The notes beneath the pieces were generated by a model. The model worked only from the letters and a program-made list of their open reading frames with translations. It had not been told where the DNA came from and did not search any database. From contig CM030333.1 of the NCBI GenBank assembly GCA_017654855.1, forward strand, positions 3,968,001-4,032,000: DNA of 64,000 bases, read 5' to 3'. Made by a program: the position numbers and the translations under genes. Within the stretch, counting starts at the first letter, position 1, and each line of letters starts with the position of its first letter. Shown piece after piece: positions 25,814 through 36,908 of the stretch. This stretch comes from Podospora anserina (taxonomy: Eukaryota).

Positions 25814-27868
25814 ATGGGCCTCTCTGCAAAGGATGCTTTGCAACTACGAGATACGCTGCAAATAGCAGTGGTAAAATGCTCCGAAAGATGTCTTTACCAC
25901 GCTGCCAAATGGTATTTGGTCCATCATGGCTACCTTTTTAAACACTTCATTCAACTAACACTCGGTGTACATAGGGCGGCCGAACTCCTCGATGCGCTTC
26001 CTCAACCATCTGCTGCCGACTTTAAAGCAACGCAAGACTTACCATCGTCTTACATTCATCCTGCTTTCACACCAAATCATGATCCTGCCGAAGCGGCTCT
26101 CGAAGCCAAGGAGCTCAGCCGTTACCTTCTCGCCAAATCGTTATTCGACTGCAAGGAGTTCGACAGATGTGCCGCCGTATTCCTTCCCGAGTCTTCATTG
26201 GCAGAGATGTTGGGGACAAAAGTAGACGATGCCACCACTACGGAAGGGAGCGAAAAGCAGAGGCCTTCGGTTGTTCTACCTTCGGAGAGAGCTTTACCTC
26301 AGATCAGCCAGAAAAGCTTATTTCTCGCGCTGTATGCCAAAATGATCTCGGGCGAGAAGCGAAAGGAGGAGGAATCTGAAATGATCATGGGGCCGCAAGA
26401 CTTGGGGACGATTACGAACAAACAGCTGGCCGTGGTCAGTCGGTTCCTCACAAAGTGGTTCGACCAGCGAAAGTCGGAGGGAGGCGATGTTGCGCCCAGC
26501 CAGGGCTTCCTCGAGTATCTCTACGGCATGGTTTTGGTGAAGGAGAAGAACGACAGGGCTGCTTTGCAGTATTTGGTTGAAAGTGTGCAACTATTTCCGT
26601 GGAACTGGGGTGCCTGGATGGAGATCACCAACCTCATCACCAGAGTTGAACAGCTGAACGAAGTAACACCAAAGCTACCCCAGAACATCATGTCTTTCAT
26701 CTTTCACGCCCATGCTTCGATCAACCTTTACCAGCAAGGCGGTGAGATCGCCAATGCTCTGAACGACTTGCTGGTCGTGTTCCCAACATCATCGTTCCTT
26801 CTAACCGACAAAGCACTGCTATATTATCACTCGAAAGATCTTGTAGCAGCCGAGCAAGAATTCAGTCAGCTACTTGGACTTCATCCCCAAAGGATAGATG
26901 CCCTGGACCATTATTCCAACATTTTATATGTTTTGAACCTCCGACCAAAGCTGGCCTTTTTGGCCCATCTATGCTCTAGCATTGATACGTTTCGTCCAGA
27001 GTCTTGCGTCGTCATTGGTAATTACTACTCCCTACTATCTTGCCACGACAAAGCAGTCCACTACTTCCGCCGGGCGCTCATGTTGGACCGCTCATGTCTT
27101 TCCGCGTGGACACTCATGGGGCATGAGTATGTAGAGTTGAAGAATACTCACGCAGCCATCGAATCCTACCGAAGAGCGGTAGACGTCAACCGGAGGGACT
27201 ACCGCGCCTGGTACGGCCTTGGCCAAACATATGAAGTACTCGAAATGCACGCGTATGCACTATGGTACTACAAGAAGGCCGCTGGTCTGCGTCCCTGGGA
27301 CGGCAAGATGTGGCAGGCGGTGGGTTCGTGCTTGCAAAAGATGGGCCGCGACAAAGACGGCATCAAGGCGCTCAAGAGAGCTCTGCTTGCGGATTCCTAC
27401 TACGATTCGTCAGCAAGTAGCTTTGGAAGCACAGGGACGATCGATCGGATGACGCAGATGGATCCTGAGGTCCTGCTGCAAATAGCGGCAATGTATGATC
27501 GGATGGAGGAAGAAGAGGAGGCCAAGGCGTACATGGAGTTGTGCGTTGCTCAGGAGGATGGCGGGGTTACCAATGATCAAGGACCAGGTCTAGGAGATTC
27601 CATCGGCGTCCGCGCTGATAGCCCCGGCTCAGATGATGGCGAAGGCGGAGGGGAAAGGGTGGCGGCTGCTGAGGGGACAGGGGTTACGGTGGCAACGAGC
27701 AAGGCCCGGATGTGGTTGGCGAAATATGCCATGAGGGTGGAGGACTACGAGACGGCGAATCGTCTCGCGACGGAGCTTTGCCAGGATGGCGTTGAGGTGG
27801 AGGAAGCCAAGGCGCTGATACGGGAAGCGAGGTCGAGGATGGAACAGACGAGTATGATGGAGAGCTAG
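25814..27868 (+). CDS. CDC23: Anaphase-promoting complex subunit 8 (Cdc23/Cut23), TPR protein
   Basis: CSERCLYHAAKW|AAELL, YLLAKSLFDCKEFDRCA, AWTLMGHEYVELKNTHAAIESYRRAVDVNRRDYRAWYGLGQ. In-frame 63-nt intron at 25912-25974; TAG stop (see findings). Confidence 0.95.
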   Translation: MGLSAKDALQLRDTLQIAVVKCSERCLYHAAKWYLVHHGYLFKHFIQLTLGVHRAAELLDALPQPSAADFKATQDLPSSYIHPAFTPNHDPAEAALEAKELSRYLLAKSLFDCKEFDRCAAVFLPESSLAEMLGTKVDDATTTEGSEKQRPSVVLPSERALPQISQKSLFLALYAKMISGEKRKEEESEMIMGPQDLGTITNKQLAVVSRFLTKWFDQRKSEGGDVAPSQGFLEYLYGMVLVKEKNDRAALQYLVESVQLFPWNWGAWMEITNLITRVEQLNEVTPKLPQNIMSFIFHAHASINLYQQGGEIANALNDLLVVFPTSSFLLTDKALLYYHSKDLVAAEQEFSQLLGLHPQRIDALDHYSNILYVLNLRPKLAFLAHLCSSIDTFRPESCVVIGNYYSLLSCHDKAVHYFRRALMLDRSCLSAWTLMGHEYVELKNTHAAIESYRRAVDVNRRDYRAWYGLGQTYEVLEMHAYALWYYKKAAGLRPWDGKMWQAVGSCLQKMGRDKDGIKALKRALLADSYYDSSASSFGSTGTIDRMTQMDPEVLLQIAAMYDRMEEEEEAKAYMELCVAQEDGGVTNDQGPGLGDSIGVRADSPGSDDGEGGGERVAAAEGTGVTVATSKARMWLAKYAMRVEDYETANRLATELCQDGVEVEEAKALIREARSRMEQTSMMES

Positions 27869-29623
27869 AGGCAGCAGTTGTCGCATCAGAAGTTCCTGGA
27901 GTTTGTGGAAGGTTTGAAGATGAGAGACAACACGAGATTTGCTCGTCGTGATCCTCGACAGCCTGCGATTGTGAGGTCTGGGCCGGGTCCGAGAGGCGCA
28001 AACCGAGAGGAAGAGGGAGAATGGTATTCGCAACTGGAGGATGATCTGAGTATGAGGAGGACTTCGTGGCGGTGAGTCTGTATGCGAGTGTAGATGTAAG
28101 CATCATTGTTTCCATCACTATCGACGGTTGGTTGAGCCACACGATGAGTTCGATAAACAACGCAATTCGATACCCTGTTTTAATGGCATAGCTTTCCTCC
28201 AGCTTCTGCTCTAGGTACACCTGTGCTTCACTATGGTGATGGTCACAAACATGAAACTGGTGGCTGGCAAATGTTGGCGCTCGGTGTCTCCGCTTGCGTG
28301 TTGGCAGTTGGGTTTCCGTTGCCTTCACTCCTTTTGTTGCGATTCCGACCTTCGCTTACCCCCCAGATCTTCACAAGACATGCGGTTCTCGCGTTGCGTA
28401 CAAGCTTCGTCTCGGGGTGAGACATCCTGCACTGTCCTACGCACAGTCATGATGACCAAGAGAACATCATCAATGCTTGCAAACCAGCTCAAGACGGGAG
28501 TGGGGGTACAAGGTGATATCCAATTCTCCCATGTAGTTGAATTCGGCCAACCTCAAGCTTAGCATCGCCGTCCTCGTGGGGCCTTCTAGGAATACAAAGC
28601 CCCTGCCTCCCGGTGTCACATCCCGCGATTAAATTCCCGGAGCCGCCTTGGCGAGACCAGATTTAGTGTACGGGTGGCAGGGCTGAACTCCAGCTCTGGA
28701 ACATGTTCTTGTTCTGACTTGGTACGAGGAAGCTTTGCGTGAAATGAAAACCAGCATCTATGATCGATACTTGGGGTTTGAGCAAGCAGTTTTTTGCAAT
28801 CACTATTCTGTGTGGCTGTTTCTTATCTACAACATGTACCACAACCTAACAATACCGACAAGGCTGCAGTACTTTCCGCCGCCGGTGCCGCTCGCCGAGC
28901 TCCAACCCTCCCAGCGTCGGTTTATCAAACATATCTCCAAATCTGGACCGCGGAATTGACTTCTTCACATGGCGTGACGATGCGAGTTCCGACCTGTGTG
29001 CCAGCCATTACCAGCCGCCTCGACCTGTGAGAGCTGAACACGACCATACCTACCCCTCAAGGCGTGCGTGGGCTGCCATGTGCATACATTCAATGTTCCA
29101 TGCAACCAGGCACACCAATGGCGGATGAGGCGTTCCTGGACCTAGTCCGTCTGCACCACGGATAGAACCGCCCAGTCAGGGGAGACTGGGCTCTCCACCT
29201 TACATAGTTCCCCCCAACCACCACGCAGCCACACCACACTTGATCCAAAGTTGGAGGTGTGTGTGTCTCTTATCTCTGTGCTCTGCTGCTGTCTTGGTGT
29301 GGGCGTACCGCCTAACCTCCCGAGAAGGGGGAAGATCTCCGGGTGTTAGCTTTCAGGAACACCTTCCTGCTCCTCTGGGATAGGCAGCCTTGCGAGTAGT
29401 TGAAACTGAAAAGTTGGCTGACTTTGCATACAGTGTACGTCCAAAGACAGCCTGCCTCCATGATCAAACACCAGAAGCTTACGAATGTGATGGCGGTTGG
29501 TCTGCACTGGGGACGCCCCCTTTCACACCGCGATGCGAGAACAATTGCTTTTCTTCGGCAGTCGAGCGGGGAGGGGAAATGGCTGGGTTGTCTGTGGGTT
29601 TGCTCAAGAAGCCTCGGGGATGG

Positions 29624-29630
29624 TATATAA
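29624..29630 (+). promoter_or_regulatory. Putative TATA box of the secreted-protein gene
   Basis: TATATAA about 300 nt upstream of the ATG at 29934, followed by a pyrimidine-rich leader. Confidence 0.4.
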
Positions 29631-29933
29631 GTGTGTCTGTTACCTCACCTCGAGTCGTTGCGAGTGCTGTTGAGATTTCTTCTTCCGTACCTCTCCTGCT
29701 CGGTTGCTCCACGAGTCTAGAGTGAGGCCCCCTCAAACCATTCCGGACTCTGAATAATTCGTACTCGACGTGGCTGCCAACTTCTTATGATCTAGCTTTT
29801 GCTGGTATTCAGGGCTTACTTTAAAATCTTGTCAATTCTCATCCAAGCAGAAAAAATATTCTTCCCAAGGAGGTCTCCTGACTTCTTCTCTCTCTGACAC
29901 CCAACCCCCTACCACGTCCGTCCATCCGCCACC

Positions 29934-30659
29934 ATGAGGCTCTTCAGCACAATGACGCTGGCCCTGGCCTGGATCGTCTCCGCCCTCGCCGAGCCCAAGG
30001 TCACCTTCATCAACCAAGACAACAAGCACCGCACCATCGTCTTCACCCCCAGCGTCCCCCACAAGGAAATCAAGCCCCTCCGCGTCCCCGCCCACCAAGA
30101 GGTCACCCAGCCCTTCCCCCACGGCTGGATCGGCAACTGGTGGTCCGTCACCGATGGCAAACCTTGGATCCCCGGCATGCTGGGCGAGGTCACCTTCAAC
30201 GGCTACATGGGCCTGACCTTCTTTGACGTCTCCGCCATCGCCAACGACCGCGACACCAGCGGCGTCAAGATGATGTGGCCCAGGAAGTCGGCCAGCGTCA
30301 CCTCGGGCTGCGACGTCTTCTCCTGCGGGAACGAGTACACCTACCCCGACGAGGTGCAGACCAAGGCCACCGACGAGGACCACCTCATGTGCAGTCTGGG
30401 TGACGGTGTCAGCCCTGTCTACCCTCGTGGTGCGAAAAAGTGGAAGAAGGAGGCGCGGAGGCAGGGGGAGGAGGAGAAGGTCGTCGTGGTCAAGCCCTCC
30501 TCTAAGCCCAAGCCTTCCGCGGTCCCCACCACCCCAGCCAAGGAGCAAGAACAACAGGGCTTCAGCAGCGGCGGTGAAAACACCTACAACGGCGACAACG
30601 ACAACCTTTACCGATACCGCCGCCACCGCTATTACCGCCCCGGCAACCTCGGCGAGTAG
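29934..30659 (+). CDS. Secreted fungal protein (signal peptide plus small beta-rich Cys-containing domain, a family often labelled 'DNase1 protein'); likely extendable to 30911 through three TAG codons
   Basis: CCACCATG start context; signal peptide MRLFSTMTLALAWIVSALA; WIGNWWSV...GMLGEVTFNGYMGLTFFDVSAI...SGC..FSCGNEY..PDEVQTKAT; strongly C-ending codons. Confidence 0.85.
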   Translation: MRLFSTMTLALAWIVSALAEPKVTFINQDNKHRTIVFTPSVPHKEIKPLRVPAHQEVTQPFPHGWIGNWWSVTDGKPWIPGMLGEVTFNGYMGLTFFDVSAIANDRDTSGVKMMWPRKSASVTSGCDVFSCGNEYTYPDEVQTKATDEDHLMCSLGDGVSPVYPRGAKKWKKEARRQGEEEKVVVVKPSSKPKPSAVPTTPAKEQEQQGFSSGGENTYNGDNDNLYRYRRHRYYRPGNLGE

Positions 30660-32343
30660 GTCGACATCCTCGACGACGCCGGCGAGCACATTGACGCCAA
30701 CAAGATCAAGTGGGACAAGATGAACTAGGACGCCATCAAGTGGGAGGACGTGGACTGGGGCACCCTCGACTTCACCGTCAACAACTACTTGGACTGGCAC
30801 CTCCTCGAGGCGTCCAGGCGTCCGAGATACCAGAGGTGGACAGGGCTGCTTTATAACCCCCGTCCTGGGTGGGGGAGGTAGGCTCCTGTTGATGTTAAGG
30901 GGGATGAGTGAAATGTTGATGAAAACTCAGAGCTATGACTTATGTCTTTATGAAGGAAATCGTGGGGAAAACAACGGATACGAAATGAAAGAGTTGGATT
31001 ATGTTCTCATGATTTTGATGGCCATTATTTATTAGAGGTCAGGAAGTTACGAAGTGTGATACCCCCGTCATTTCACCTTGACGAGCGAGGGAGGAAATAC
31101 AGACGGTTTGCCGGGATGGAGTCATGAATGATGCTTTATGATACCAACGGGATGATTAACAACGTATGAGATTGTCTTTTCAGAAGGGAAAGGAGTTTGG
31201 GATCACAACAAGGTCGGATTGTGGTAGGGTTGGTCGAGGACAGGAGAAGGGGGGGGTTGGCGTTGGCGTACTGGATATAGTTTGGTTTTTTGGACCAGGC
31301 TCAGACGTTATACATATTAATTTCGAGGAATACAAAACACAATAACATAGAAAAATAATTTACTAGATTTTTAAACTGTGATGCTTCTTCTTGTCAATGT
31401 TGGCTATTCTATACGATGCTTATAAAAACAATTCTTTACATATCTTCTCACGAGCACAGAACCGCAAAAGCTGGCCACAAATAGTGTGATTTGTTGAAAC
31501 GGAAATCAGTGACAACCTCCACGCTTTTTTCACAGCTCACTCCCAGCAGCCCTTTTTACCAGCATCCATATCTGATCTGGAAGAGTGTGAGTAGATGTCG
31601 CTACACACCCAGACATTACACCTAGCATCTCCATAAAAAATAAGTGTTTAATGAATACCTTACACTACCTAACAGAAATTGGCTGTAACCATTGGCTCTT
31701 TAGTTGGAATCCTCGTCATTCCCGACCACTAACCACCTAAAAGCATCGGTCTTGTCATATCTGACTGATCCATAAGCTCAATGAAAAGCAAAGCAATGAC
31801 GCAAAAAAGAACGATATTGACCACTACGGCCGACACCCCGCGGTAGTAAGGAACGAGGCAAACCCACGCAACCATTCGGCCTTTGGTATGCCCATGTCCA
31901 AGAGGCTGTCGTGTAGGGCGTAAGATGCGCATATCTATTTCCTCCTTTCCGTCTGATTGGCGTGCCGAGAACAAAGAGGTGAAAAACAAGAAATCCATTA
32001 TTGCCCAGTTCCAGTCAACCCCCCATAATCTTTTTTGCCTTTGTGCCAAGTTCTTGTCTGTTGTTAAAGGGTCCCAGCCCGTCCCGGACTGTCCCAGACC
32101 ATCCTGTCCCGTCGGTTGCCCACCTATGCTCATGTCATAACGCGAAAAGAAAGAAAAGAAAGAGAGAAAACCAGGCATGATCTCATATAACCACAGTGCT
32201 CCCGCGCCGATCCGTCAGACTCCTCTCCCATTCCCAACCAAACTGCACGTTTGCCAAGCCATATTAAAACCGAAATGAATACAGAACCACCCGCCAAAAA
32301 AATAGAAAAGCAAACAAAAAAACCAATACAACATAAAACTTGC

Positions 32344-35033
32344 TCAAGCAAAGGTAGGTGCCGTATAAATCAGAGTGCCCATCACCATAGCTCCGCCAAT
32401 AGCCGCAATCCCTACGCGCTCTGCGAGACGGAACAACCGAACTTTCTTTGTCGGCCTCTCAAACGGACGAAGAACTTGGATAGAGGACTCAACAGTCTGG
32501 CCACGAACCTCTGTAGCAGCCTCCTCGAGGCCATCGGCCTTGAGGACCTCAGTACCCGCCGTCTCTGGCACACCGCCCCACTTCAAGTCGTCCTCTGTTT
32601 CTACCGACATATCCTCAGCCTTTCTCTTGCGCTTTACAGAGTCAGAATTCGCCTTCGGCTTCTCTGCCTCGACAAGCGACTGAGGCTCATCAGCGGTCTG
32701 GATCGTAAACTGCACATTGACCTTCTGAGATTCAAGATCGCTGGTCTTCGACGCCACGTTCTCAGCGTTTTGGTCCACGGGCTTCTCAGTCTCGGGCTCC
32801 TTAGTCTTCTTAGTCTCAGGCTCCTTAGTCTTCTCTTGCTCCTTGTAGGCGTTTGGCTGATTTCCGCGGCGTGCAGAGCTCGACAGTAGGCGATCAAGAC
32901 TATCAGAACAGATCGACTGTGTTACGGTGCTGTTGAACGAGGTTTCCATGGGAGGCAATCTAGAAAAGACCTGTTGATCTAAGCCTGATAGATCTCTCGT
33001 GTGCATCTCGTTGTCAAACCGGGGGTTGGTGGGCATTGCATTGCAGAGAGCATATACCGACGACGCTGGGCGAGCGGCAGTCTGAGTCTCCAAAGCAGCC
33101 TTGTTGAAGGTCTGGCCAGAGGTCTTGTTGAAATATGCCTTGTTCCCTTCTCGTGCAGACCAGAAGTCTCCTTTGCCTGATTTCAGACACAGAGACTCAA
33201 AATCTCCCTTGAAAGAAGCCGGCCACGAGTTAGGCTGGGTAGTCTTCCGAAGTTCAGGAAGAGGGGGGCCTTGGTGCATAGACTGCGCCACACCGGGACG
33301 GTCATTCAAGAGCTTTTCAATTGCAATGGGATTGGTACTCTTAGCACAAGCTTCATCCTTTTTCGAGTTGACAGGAATGACGGGCGATGCGGTGTCTGAA
33401 GCCGGGTGGTCCAGAGTGTCGTCTTGCTCATCAGACACTACAGGTGCAGTGTGATGGTTATGGACAAGGGTCGGTCTGCCCATCATCGGGGAGAGTGGAA
33501 GGGGAGATGCTGGCTGATCACAGTCGAAGATATCTAGGTCGCCAATAACACCTGCTTTAATGTCAACATTTGAATCGGTAGGCTTGATGGAATAGCAAAG
33601 TAAAGACATACTCTGATGCTCAGAGGCAGACTCATTGTCATCATCCTCAGAGTAGTTCACCATATCCTCGTCGAGAACGCTTGACCCGTCGCTTTGATCA
33701 TCCATGTCATGATCGCTACCGCTGTCATCGTCATCATCGCTCGAGTATTCACCTTCCATGAAATTTTCAGGATAGTTGACGTTGCTTTCGGCGTCACTCA
33801 ACTCGCTGGTGTTGTCCTGATCCAAACTGTCGAGGCTATGGTCGCTACTATAGTTCGAATCCATGTCAGAATCGAGGACGGTTTGCTCAATTGCCTCCAA
33901 AGATTGGGCAGTCTGGCCAAGCGCCGAGGCGAACTCGGTCAAACGAGAAGTAGCAGCCCCCAAGGGCGAGGTACTCTGGATGGGAACACGCCTCGCTGGC
34001 TCAGAAATGCTCAGGATGTCAAGGTGGTCACCCCCGACATCCTTTGTAACCGCAGCACCAGATGATCCATACTCGGCATCTCTATCCTCTCGGAACATAA
34101 GAGGGGACAACGGAGGTGAGGAGAGATCGATGAAGGCGGGGCTGCTATTGTTGAAAGAGCCTGCGTTCAGTTTGGAGGTCCAGGTATGGCTCTGGCTGGA
34201 GGCCTCAGGCTCCGTAAGATCGATCACCTCGACTCCAGGGACAAATTTGGGCGGAAGCGAATGTAGTGAGGTCGAAGCTGTCTGGGGATTCATTGTCGCG
34301 GAGTGGCTAGAATAAATGCTGCTGTCGCTAGAATAATCATCAACATCAGAGCTGACTTCGGAGTCGTCCGGGACCTGAAATGTTCTCGAGCCACATTCGT
34401 CGCCGACGCTGAAGGTCTCAGTCAGTGCCGACGAGGCAAATGAGGATGGGACGTACTGTTTAGTGGGCTCGTTGAACGAGACACCAAACTTGACCGAAAC
34501 AGGCATGAATCTCGAAGTGCCACGATCGACTGGAAGACCGAAGGTGAGCCTGTCGCCGTCTTTGAGCTCTCTGGGCTCTTTCTCAAGCTTCTCGCGCTCG
34601 TTGAGATAGGTTCCGTGCAGAGAACCCTTGTCCCGGACCTGGACTTTCTACATGGGTAATCAGTAAGCATACGATGGCAGAAGCTGAAACGTCACCACGA
34701 ATCCCGTACCTTCTCGTCGATATCAACGCTAATTTCAGCGTGGTCCCGTGACATAACAGCGCTGTCAAACCAAGCGTTGTTTTCGGCAGGAACGAACCCT
34801 TTGGCAGAGACCTTGGAGGCACGACCGATGGCAATCGTGTTGTTCAAGGCTGTCAGGGTGATTTGTCGCCGAGAGTAGGTGGTGGCTGCGGCTGTGCTGC
34901 TTTCTGAACTCTCAAGCGTGAGATCGATTTGAGCTGTATGAAGACAGAGTGTTTAGTTGGTTGAATTGAAGAAGAAAAAGGAAAAGAAAACAGGTGACAG
35001 ACCTAGACTCTCGGCACGTGAATTGGCCGCCAT
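32344..35033 (-). CDS. FHA-domain protein with a long acidic disordered region and a C-terminal hydrophobic anchor
   Basis: MAANSRAESL|AQIDLTL...IAIGRASK...NAWFDSAVMSRDHAEI...|KVQVRDKGSLHGTYLN...LKDGDRLTFG (FHA GR/S..H/GT motifs), continuing into the 720-aa ORF that ends VGIAAIGGAMVMGTLIYTAPTFA. Confidence 0.82.
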
Positions 35034-36908
35034 CTTGCTCTTTGCCTTGACGGAATGGCGTATGTGGGTGGGTAAGGTGGCCAGAGTTTAAACGGGAGTT
35101 GAGAGAGCAAGCTTTTGGCTGCAGAACAGTCGAAGTCAATTCTGCCAGCGAGCAAGCCTGGCGGTGATGATAAGAGGAGGGCGAGACCGGGGAGCTCGGA
35201 AAGTCAGGTGCAGTCGCACGAAGAGGAGGGGAAATCGAATGAGAGAATGGTTGAAGCAACCGGAGTGAAGCGGTCCCCCTCCCACGTCAGACAAAGCTCG
35301 GGCCTATGACTGGCGGGTTGGATGGTTTGTTAGCTGGCTGACTCTTGTGTGATGACTAGGTTGGGGTGCTCTTCCAAGGTTGCTGGCTGAGAAGAGAGCG
35401 AGAGGCGGCAGATAACGAGGCCAAACAATGGGAGTCGAGTGAAATAGAATGGGGGACAGCTGGAGAGTCGCGCAGCGGTCCTCAGGTTTGTTTACGGTTC
35501 AAAGAATCAAACAGGTATCGTGGATAGGTAGCCTGGAGGCAAGTGTGAAAGGAAGAAGAAATGGAAGGGACAGAAGCGGGCAGTTTAGGTTCAGGCAGCC
35601 CCGGAGAGTAGGAAGGTGCTCGTGATCTACTATGGGAGCCTTCCCGGGCGGGGCAATACGCTGAGCTTCCCCAATCAGGCGGACAGACACATCCGATAAG
35701 TGAAAGGCTGTCTTATCGCGCGATGGCTTGGGCAATTTGGAAGGGTGAAATGGGGGTGAATCATTCGTATGTGGCTGAACTAAGCTTGGAGGTGGAGGAC
35801 TGGATAGGCCGGTCTGTCGTTGACTTCGCTGGCTCCGGGTTTGCCATGTCCGAGTTGAGCTCCGTAGAATTATCTCAGGTTTGGTGGTAAGCAAGCTTTC
35901 ACTGGATACCTGGGACCACCTTCTTTGAAGAGATGGTGATGTCGAGGGTGCTTCCGGCGAAGTGCTGAATGCGGGGCAGCTTGGAACGGGACTGAGGTGA
36001 CAGCATTCACCAGCTGCCATTGGTAAGGACGAAGGCTGCCTGTTTGCTACGGGACCACGCCGCAGCCCGGATTCGCAAGCACTTGCTCACGTTTAGGTCG
36101 TTGGCCGATGCTGGGTTCATGCCACAATGTTGATGGAGGCCTTTCGATAACTTGACAACTTTCAACCTCGAAGACAGACTACGAGTTTCGAGGGACATTC
36201 ACCTGCACAGTTTCAAATGACTGCTAGTGAGAGACATCAAGATAACAACAGACCTTGCTTTTGGTAGGGATATAAGTCCCTGGAACGGCCATGAATGCCT
36301 TGACCGAGTCTATCCAAGTACGGAGAGCATTTTCCAATTTCATAAAAAGGCTTAATGTCTCATTCGAGCATGAACCTTGGGGTGGTATTTGCAGCATGAT
36401 AGTCCCACAAGTCACCCTTTAACACTGATTCAAAGTCTGTGTATAAGTGGTGTCGCCGTCATGGCTGATCGCTGAGACTGGGGTCCCCTGTAAACTGCCC
36501 CTCCATCCAAGTTCAAATCACGTGCCAGGCTTTGAGGGTGGGCGAGTGGGTCTCGCTGTTTCGTGGCCCAGTGGGTGGCACAGGGGAGCTGGACGCTGCT
36601 GGGTACGTAAGTCGATATGGAACAGTCGACTTCTTGCGAGTCAAAGATACGCCGCATCACCAACCAACAGATCTTCACATATATGCACCCTCACATATAA
36701 AACCTGAGCGAGCAGGCGAGAACTTGCACCTCAACACAAACAACCATCCCCAGATTCTCGAGCCGACTCCCACTCGAGCCTACTGCGTGCGATAGATACC
36801 GTTCAGTGACCGCCACTTCACCGCCGAGACCAAACCTCCCCCGATTCCCAAAGACACCCAACATCCACATCAACACCACCGCTGTTGGCGCACAGCGATA
36901 TCACCAAC

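Noticed and set aside
35880-36420. Possible gene relic on the minus strand between the FHA gene and VPS1
   Set aside because: Only short fragments with stops in every frame and no recognisable homology; cannot be supported without a search.
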